Shown: positions 1-4,834 of the stretch, one piece after another
How positions within the stretch are numbered: position 1 is the first letter of the stretch
Layout: each line of letters begins with the position of its first letter
From: Candidatus Omnitrophota bacterium
GTDB lineage: Bacteria; Omnitrophota; Gorgyraeia; Zapsychrales; Fredricksoniimonadaceae
Length of the DNA: 11,466 nt
Reading direction: 5' to 3'
Assembly: GCA_037141995.1 (NCBI GenBank)
Contig: JBAXBM010000050.1
Location: 1 to 11,466 of the forward strand
The notes under the pieces: model-generated
What the model saw: the letters and a program-made list of their open reading frames with translations, nothing else
Database searches by the model: none
Told to the model about the DNA's origin: nothing
Position numbers and translations under genes: made by a program

Positions 1-7
1 GTCTTCA

Positions 8-721
8 ATGTCTATTTTGATGATGATGAATATATTGGGTTTTATTCTTTGTACTATTGGGACTGTGATTTATTTCTTGGTGCGATGGTGGCATCTTAGA
101 AAACAAGGACGAGAATCCTCACGGGAGATTGGCTATTTTAATCTTATTGGCATTGCTTCTTTTATAGCCGGATTGAGTTTGTTTCTTTTCTGGTATTGTC
201 CTGTTTGCCACCTTGCGAGTGTCATTTTTACGTTAAACTTTAAGGGCATTGAGCTAGCATTTCTAAATTCCTGCATGATGTCCGGATTAGTATTCTTGAT
301 TTTTAAATTAAAATCACGATGGCGTTTTTTGCTAGTGATTCCTGTCGTTTTGATTGTTGCGTTATATTTTCTTCAAATGAAAAAGACATATGCTTTTGTC
401 AATATCTTTGAAAGCGCACGTTATGGAGGAATATCATCGGAGAAATTCTTTCAGCTATTGAAAGCTGATGGGCGTGGCTATGAGTGGATCCTTTACAGAA
501 GTCTTGCGAAGAACACGGGCTCTGATGCCAAGATATTGAGATTCTTGTTTGAACAAAAGAATTTTGATATTGATCGCCTTTTGTTTGACAATCCCAGCAC
601 GCCGGAAGATATCATGAACGAATTTTTCAAGGGCCAGTCGCAATACACATTAGCCATGCGATCAAGCCTGGATGACACTACGAAGAAGTATCTTATTTCC
701 CAGATGTTGTTGCGAAGGTGA
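8..721 (+). CDS. Hypothetical integral membrane protein (about four N-terminal TM helices plus a ~110-aa soluble C-terminal region)
   Basis: 237-codon ORF. Hydrophobic stretches: ILGFILCTIGTVIYFLV, LIGIASFIAGLSLFLFWY, FLNSCMMSGLVFLIF, FLLVIPVVLIVALYFL. No family recognised. There is no in-frame stop between the window edge and the ATG at 8, so the true start may lie outside the window. Confidence 0.55.
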   Translation: MSILMMMNILGFILCTIGTVIYFLVRWWHLRKQGRESSREIGYFNLIGIASFIAGLSLFLFWYCPVCHLASVIFTLNFKGIELAFLNSCMMSGLVFLIFKLKSRWRFLLVIPVVLIVALYFLQMKKTYAFVNIFESARYGGISSEKFFQLLKADGRGYEWILYRSLAKNTGSDAKILRFLFEQKNFDIDRLLFDNPSTPEDIMNEFFKGQSQYTLAMRSSLDDTTKKYLISQMLLRR

Positions 722-761
722 TGTAAGGTATTTTAAGAATCACATGGTTTATTGGCCGTAG

Positions 762-783
762 GGGCGGGCCCATGTGTCCGCCC
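762..783 (+). terminator. GC-rich hairpin downstream of the first gene (possible weak intrinsic terminator)
   Basis: GGGCGGGC (762-769) pairs with GTCCGCCC (776-783): 8 bp including one G.U, with a 6-nt loop. It lies 41 nt after the stop at 721. It is followed by GAGAAAAAATTTATTT, so the T-run is displaced by an A-run and this is not a canonical terminator. The G.U pair only works on the + strand. Confidence 0.3.
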
Positions 784-827
784 GAGAAAAAATTTATTTA
801 ATCCTATGTGAAAGATCAATATAATAT

Positions 828-855
828 TTGACAATACCGTCGTATGTGTTAAATT
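828..855 (+). promoter_or_regulatory. Sigma70-like promoter candidate for the AAA+/DUF4143 gene
   Basis: Perfect -35 TTGACA (828-833), 16-nt spacer, -10-like TAAATT (850-855, 4/6 match to TATAAT). It lies ~80 nt upstream of the ATG at 934. Confidence 0.4.
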
Positions 856-878
856 TGCTAATTAGGATTAGCAAATTT
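851..878. promoter_or_regulatory. Perfect 12-bp inverted repeat, candidate operator overlapping the -10/start site
   Basis: AAATTTGCTAAT (851-862), spacer TAGG, ATTAGCAAATTT (867-878); the arms are exact reverse complements. The central AATTAGGATT (860-869) recurs at 916-925. Confidence 0.5.
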
Positions 879-933
879 GATAATCACAGTGAGCATATTT
901 ATTTATGACGGATTAAATTAGGATTTAGATACG

Positions 934-2130
934 ATGAATGTTACTTATTCGCATAGGGTTACAGAGATTCTTAGGAGCAGGCTTAAGGAGCCACGCAGGA
1001 CCATTCAAATTGTTCTTGGCCCACGGCAAGTGGGGAAATCAACCGCTGTTCGGGGGGTTCTAAAACAGCATGTTGGGCCGGTTGTTTATGCGTTAGCGGA
1101 TCAATCCATGCCACTAGGTTCAGAGTGGATCGCGCGTCATTGGGCTGAAGCGCGGTTGCAGGTTCAGAAAAATGAACGTGTGATCCTTGCGTTGGATGAA
1201 ATTCAGAAAGTCCCTGGTTGGACCAGTGATGTCAAGCGGCTTTGGGATGAAGATACATACAAAGAACGGGATATTCATGTTGTCCTGACGGGGTCTTCAG
1301 CGTTGACTTTGCAGAAAGGGCTTACGGAAAGTCTATTGGGGCGTTTTGAAGTGATCTGGATGCCGCATTGGTCTTTTGTAGAATGCCGGGATGCTTTCGG
1401 TTGGGGGCTTGAAGATTATTTCTTTTTCGGGGGATATCCTGGAGCAGTTGCTTATTGTCAGGATGAAGACCGTTGGCGTAATTATATGATGACGTCGATG
1501 ATCGAGCCGGTATTGACGCGTGATATCGCCCTGTTGACGACGGTACATAATCCCGCGCTATTGCGGAGATTATTGTTCCTGACGTGTGAATATGCTTCCC
1601 AGGAATTATCATACAGGAAAATCCAGGGAATATTTCAGGATGTCAGCAATACTGTGACGATCTCAGCCTATCAGCGAATGCTCGAACAGTCTTTCCTGAT
1701 AGCGGGTCTTCAGAAATGGTCGGGCGGTGCGCTTCAGAAACGAAATTCAAGCCCCAAGTGGCTGCCGTTGAACACCGGGCTTGTTACGGCTATTCAGAAT
1801 AAAAACAGAGCCGAGTTAAAGAATGATCCTGTATTCTTTGGTCGCCTCGTAGAAACGTCCATCGGGGCGCATCTTTTTAATCAGGCGATGCTTTTTAATT
1901 TTGAAGTTTATTATTGGCGTGACGGGAATATGGAGATTGACTTTATTTTCAGGAAAGGGAATAAACTGGTAGCCATTGAGGTGAAAAGTGGTTTGAATAG
2001 CGATACCAAGGCGTTTACAGTTTTTCTTAAGAAATATCCCGAGGCCAAAGTGATGCTTGTCGGAGGGCAAGGAATGCCTCTCGAAGAATTCCTAACAACA
2101 CCGATAAAAAGTTTTTTTGAGTCGATGTAG
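934..2130 (+). CDS. AAA+ superfamily ATPase, COG1373 type (AAA_14 N-terminal domain plus DUF4143 C-terminal domain)
   Basis: 398-codon ORF. Walker A GPRQVGKST, Walker B-like VILALDEIQ, and a central helical region typical of this family. The C-terminal EIDFIF...AIEVKSG resembles a D...E-x-K nuclease-fold motif. Confidence 0.88.
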   Translation: MNVTYSHRVTEILRSRLKEPRRTIQIVLGPRQVGKSTAVRGVLKQHVGPVVYALADQSMPLGSEWIARHWAEARLQVQKNERVILALDEIQKVPGWTSDVKRLWDEDTYKERDIHVVLTGSSALTLQKGLTESLLGRFEVIWMPHWSFVECRDAFGWGLEDYFFFGGYPGAVAYCQDEDRWRNYMMTSMIEPVLTRDIALLTTVHNPALLRRLLFLTCEYASQELSYRKIQGIFQDVSNTVTISAYQRMLEQSFLIAGLQKWSGGALQKRNSSPKWLPLNTGLVTAIQNKNRAELKNDPVFFGRLVETSIGAHLFNQAMLFNFEVYYWRDGNMEIDFIFRKGNKLVAIEVKSGLNSDTKAFTVFLKKYPEAKVMLVGGQGMPLEEFLTTPIKSFFESM

Positions 2131-2171
2131 GGATAAAGCGAAGGGGCAGGCATGACCATCAAGGAGAAATC

Positions 2172-2990
2172 ATGAAAATCATTCATAATCTGGTGTACTT
2201 TTTTTTATCAATAGCCCTGGCACAGTTGTTAACGGGAATTTTCATCCCAGCCTGTATCATCCTTTCTATTTATCTTCGAATGAAGAAAGGGATATCTCTT
2301 AAGGAATTCTGGAAGCATGTCCCTAACATTTATGTTTCTATGATTTCGAGTATTTACCCGTTGGTATTTCTGGGATTTCCCGCCTTGCGCCTGATGGCCA
2401 AGAATGCCGGGAAAGGCTCAGGCGGAACGGCCCCTTTTATCATCGATACGGCGAAGCTTCAGCCCGGGGATGTGATCCTGACGGGCAAGGAGCGTACGGG
2501 TGCGATACAGCTGGCGAATATCCTGTCGGCGGGGATCGAGCATTGCCAGTGGACGCATGCGTGCATTTATATCGGTGATGAAAAGGTCATTGAGGCCCAG
2601 GCCAATGGCAAGGGTGTTATTCAGACCAATCTGCGCACATTTTACCTGGACCAGGGGTATCGCCTGAAAGTTTTAAGGCATAAGTTTCTGCCGGTAGACA
2701 AGATGTCCAAAGTGCTTGCCTATTGTGCCCAGGAGAAGGATAAGAATGCTTCTTACGATACCTGGGGCGTTTCCTTTTATGTCCTTGCCGCCATGATCCC
2801 GCCCATGTTCAGCGCCTGGCTTGACGGTGATTTCGCCGAGAAGTTCTTTGATGTCAGGGATGCTTACTTTTGCTCCGAACTTATTGCCGACGCTTTCAAA
2901 GCCGCTGACTGTGCCGTATTCGGCGAAAAAAGCTGGCGTGTTAAGCCTTTGGATTTCGCCTTTAATCCGGTGTTTCATGAGGTGGTGTGA
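2172..2990 (+). CDS. Membrane-anchored permuted papain-like (NlpC/P60-related) hydrolase, YaeF/YiiX family (Pfam PF05708-like)
   Basis: 272-codon ORF with a strong SD (AAGGAG just upstream of ATG 2172). Two N-terminal hydrophobic helices. Then LQPGDVILTG...WTHACIYIGDEKVIEAQ...ASYD...YFCSELIADAF: the His precedes the Cys and the CSEL motif is present, as in the permuted YiiX family. It lies only 41 nt after the AAA+ gene. Confidence 0.78.
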   Translation: MKIIHNLVYFFLSIALAQLLTGIFIPACIILSIYLRMKKGISLKEFWKHVPNIYVSMISSIYPLVFLGFPALRLMAKNAGKGSGGTAPFIIDTAKLQPGDVILTGKERTGAIQLANILSAGIEHCQWTHACIYIGDEKVIEAQANGKGVIQTNLRTFYLDQGYRLKVLRHKFLPVDKMSKVLAYCAQEKDKNASYDTWGVSFYVLAAMIPPMFSAWLDGDFAEKFFDVRDAYFCSELIADAFKAADCAVFGEKSWRVKPLDFAFNPVFHEVV

Positions 2991-3000
2991 GGCGGTGGGG

Positions 3001-3069
3001 ATGAAATATTTTCATGGTTTTCTGCTTTTTTATGTGGCATACTTGTTTCTGGTGGGTTTTATCCAATAG
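3001..3069 (+). promoter_or_regulatory. Conserved intergenic element, copy 1 (shared with 4750-4817); candidate promoter/leader of the SPFH gene pair
   Basis: 3003-3069 aligns with 4753-4817 at roughly 83% identity (hand alignment, one 1-nt indel). It contains an AT-rich hairpin/palindrome ATGAAA-TAT-TTTCAT (3001-3015), a T-rich tract, and TGGCATACTTGTTTCT (3035-3050), a partial match to the sigma54 -24/-12 consensus TGGCAC-N5-TTGCW. There are exactly 17 nt from the end of the element to the ATG in both copies. Confidence 0.5.
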
Positions 3070-3086
3070 ACCAAAAGGACAGATAT

Positions 3087-4067
3087 ATGCAGAATGAACA
3101 GGGATTGATCTTTAAAGGGATATATGAGTTTGAAGATCCGCTTGGCGTTCTTGTTGCCGCTAAGGTTCCGTCGGTTGGTACCTTGGATCTTTATTCCGGG
3201 ACGGCTGTTTTGGTCAAGGCCAATCAGTGCGCGCTGTTTATTTATAACGGCAAGATCGCCGATATTTTGATGCAGGGCTTGCACGAGGTCAAGACCGAGA
3301 ATTTTCCGCTTTTAACGCGGCTGGCCAACTGGCAGTTTGGGTTTGAAAGTCCTCTCCGGTGTGAGGTATGGTTTTTTTCTGGCGCTGTTTACACCAACAG
3401 GCGCTGGGGAACGTCTCAGCCAGTGATCTGTGATTTTCCGGATCACGGGATAGTGCCGGTGAGGGCGTACGGGATCTTTAATGTGGTCATGCGTGATCCC
3501 AATAAATTTTTTATGACGTTGATCGGGACGCGCAATGCGTACGATATAACTGAACTTGAGGGTCTGGTTCAGGCTCAGATCACGGAAATTCTTCCTGCGG
3601 CCATGCATGTTGTCCCGTCACTTCAGGACTTAAACAAGTCACAGACGCTGGTGGCAAAAGAACTGCAGGGGTTGGTCAATAAAACGATCGAGCAATACGG
3701 CATTGAAATTGTGAGCCTGCAGGTGATCTCGATGATCCCGTCGAAAGAGATCATGGAGGCGCTCGATGCCAAGGCGTCCATGAACATCATCGGCAATAAA
3801 CAGGAATATCTGCTTTATAAGGCGGCCAACAGCTTGATCGGGAGTCATGAGGGTGGTCATGCGAAAGGTTCCAGTGATTCCATGCAGTTGATGATGGGGT
3901 TGATGCTCGGGAAAAGCCTCCTGGATGCCAAGGAAAAAGAGCACACCATGCTGCTGAAAACAGAAGAAGCGCCTCCGATGATTGAAACAAGGTCATGTTC
4001 AAAATGTAAAGCTGTTGTCAAAGCCAGCGACAAGTTTTGTGCGTCCTGCGGAACGGAGCTGAAATGA
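3087..4067 (+). CDS. SPFH/Band-7 family protein with C-terminal zinc ribbon (COG4260, Pfam Band_7_1, B. subtilis YdjI-like)
   Basis: 326-codon ORF with SD AAGGA about 8 nt upstream. N-terminal pattern GTAVLVKANQCALFIYNGKIADILMQGLHEVKTENFPLL...GFESPLRCEVWFFS...VRAYGIFNVVMRDPNKFF is typical of the YdjI-like SPFH family. The C-terminus CSKCKAVVKASDKFCASCGTEL is a CxxC...CxxC zinc ribbon. Confidence 0.85.
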   Translation: MQNEQGLIFKGIYEFEDPLGVLVAAKVPSVGTLDLYSGTAVLVKANQCALFIYNGKIADILMQGLHEVKTENFPLLTRLANWQFGFESPLRCEVWFFSGAVYTNRRWGTSQPVICDFPDHGIVPVRAYGIFNVVMRDPNKFFMTLIGTRNAYDITELEGLVQAQITEILPAAMHVVPSLQDLNKSQTLVAKELQGLVNKTIEQYGIEIVSLQVISMIPSKEIMEALDAKASMNIIGNKQEYLLYKAANSLIGSHEGGHAKGSSDSMQLMMGLMLGKSLLDAKEKEHTMLLKTEEAPPMIETRSCSKCKAVVKASDKFCASCGTELK

Positions 4068-4738
4068 ACTTTGATATCATATGCCCCAATTGTGGTGCGG
4101 CATCTTCCATTGTGGTGGGTGTTTGCCCGTATTGCAAGACGGTCTTGTCTATTAATTCTGAGAAAGGGGATCATTCTCTGTCGGCGGTGAAAGCAGCCCA
4201 TGAAGCCGGAAAAACGGACAGGTCTCTGTCACTGGTGACGGCACTTGAACAGGAAAAGCCGGAGCTGCTGGATAATATTGAATTTGTTTTGTTGTATACC
4301 AGAATTCTTTTTGAAGTGGATGGGCCTTCCAGCAAGATCAAGTCTTTGCTGACCAAAGCCCTGATCCTGGCGCCCGGTCATCCTGATGTGTTGGAATATC
4401 TGGAAGTGATCGAGGCCGAGTCCATGATGACCCGGGAGCCCAATGATGAAGGTGAACAGCGTCTCATGCGACTCATTCGCCGCTCGCCCAATAATGTTTA
4501 TGCGTTGTTTTTCCTCGGGAGTCATTTGTTTTGGGTTCAAGGAAACGGTGGTGCTGCCCTGAAGTATCTTGAGCCGTGCGTCAGGTTGCGCCCTAATTTT
4601 ATACGGGCCAAGGCCTGTTTGGCGATGATCTACAAGGAATTAAACAAGCCGGATATGGCTAAAAGATTTTTTGATGAGTGTGCCGCCAGCACATCGAGCA
4701 ATAGGACGAAGTCATTTTTCAAAAGGCTTACGGATTGA
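4064..4738 (+). CDS. Zinc-ribbon plus TPR-repeat protein
   Basis: I place the start at ATG 4064, forming an ATGA overlap with the upstream stop (TGA 4065-4067). The ORF track's 4037 start would add 9 codons overlapping the SPFH gene. N-terminus CPNCG...CPYCKTVL is a zinc ribbon. The C-terminal half has TPR-like helical repeats (ALKYLEPCVRLRPNFIRAKACLAMIYKELNKPDMAKRFFDECA). Confidence 0.8.
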   Translation: MNFDIICPNCGAASSIVVGVCPYCKTVLSINSEKGDHSLSAVKAAHEAGKTDRSLSLVTALEQEKPELLDNIEFVLLYTRILFEVDGPSSKIKSLLTKALILAPGHPDVLEYLEVIEAESMMTREPNDEGEQRLMRLIRRSPNNVYALFFLGSHLFWVQGNGGAALKYLEPCVRLRPNFIRAKACLAMIYKELNKPDMAKRFFDECAASTSSNRTKSFFKRLTD

Positions 4739-4749
4739 TGCTCTAGCGG

Positions 4750-4817
4750 CCAAAATATTTTTTGGTTTTTTGCCTTTCTATATGGCATACTTCTTTCGGG
4801 TGGATTTTATTCAATAG
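4750..4817 (+). promoter_or_regulatory. Conserved intergenic element, copy 2; candidate promoter/leader of the 703-aa gene
   Basis: Homologous to 3003-3069. Hairpin/palindrome CCAAAA-TATT-TTTTGG (4750-4765), a T-rich tract, and TGGCATACTTCTTTCG (4783-4798). There are 17 nt from the terminal CAATAG to ATG 4835, the same as copy 1. Confidence 0.5.
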
Positions 4818-4834
4818 TCTTAAGGGGGTTAAAG

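Noticed and set aside
3001-3069. Possible 22-aa hydrophobic micro-protein (MKYFHGFLLFYVAYLFLVGFIQ) encoded in copy 1 of the upstream element
   Set aside because: Copy 2 has a 1-nt deletion that breaks this frame, an in-frame TAG upstream and no start codon. Only the last 11 codons would be shared, and substitutions there are mostly non-synonymous. Conservation is better explained at the nucleotide level.
2821-3069. 82-aa ORF overlapping the 3' end of the YiiX-like gene in another frame
   Set aside because: It mostly overlaps a well-supported gene, and its tail is the conserved non-coding element. No independent support.
4037-4063. Upstream start (ATG 4037) for the zinc-ribbon/TPR gene as in the ORF track
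   Set aside because: It would overlap the SPFH gene by 31 nt and add MCVLRNGAE ahead of the zinc ribbon. ATG 4064 gives the canonical ATGA stop-start overlap and begins directly at MNFDIICPNCG. This is kept only as an alternative.
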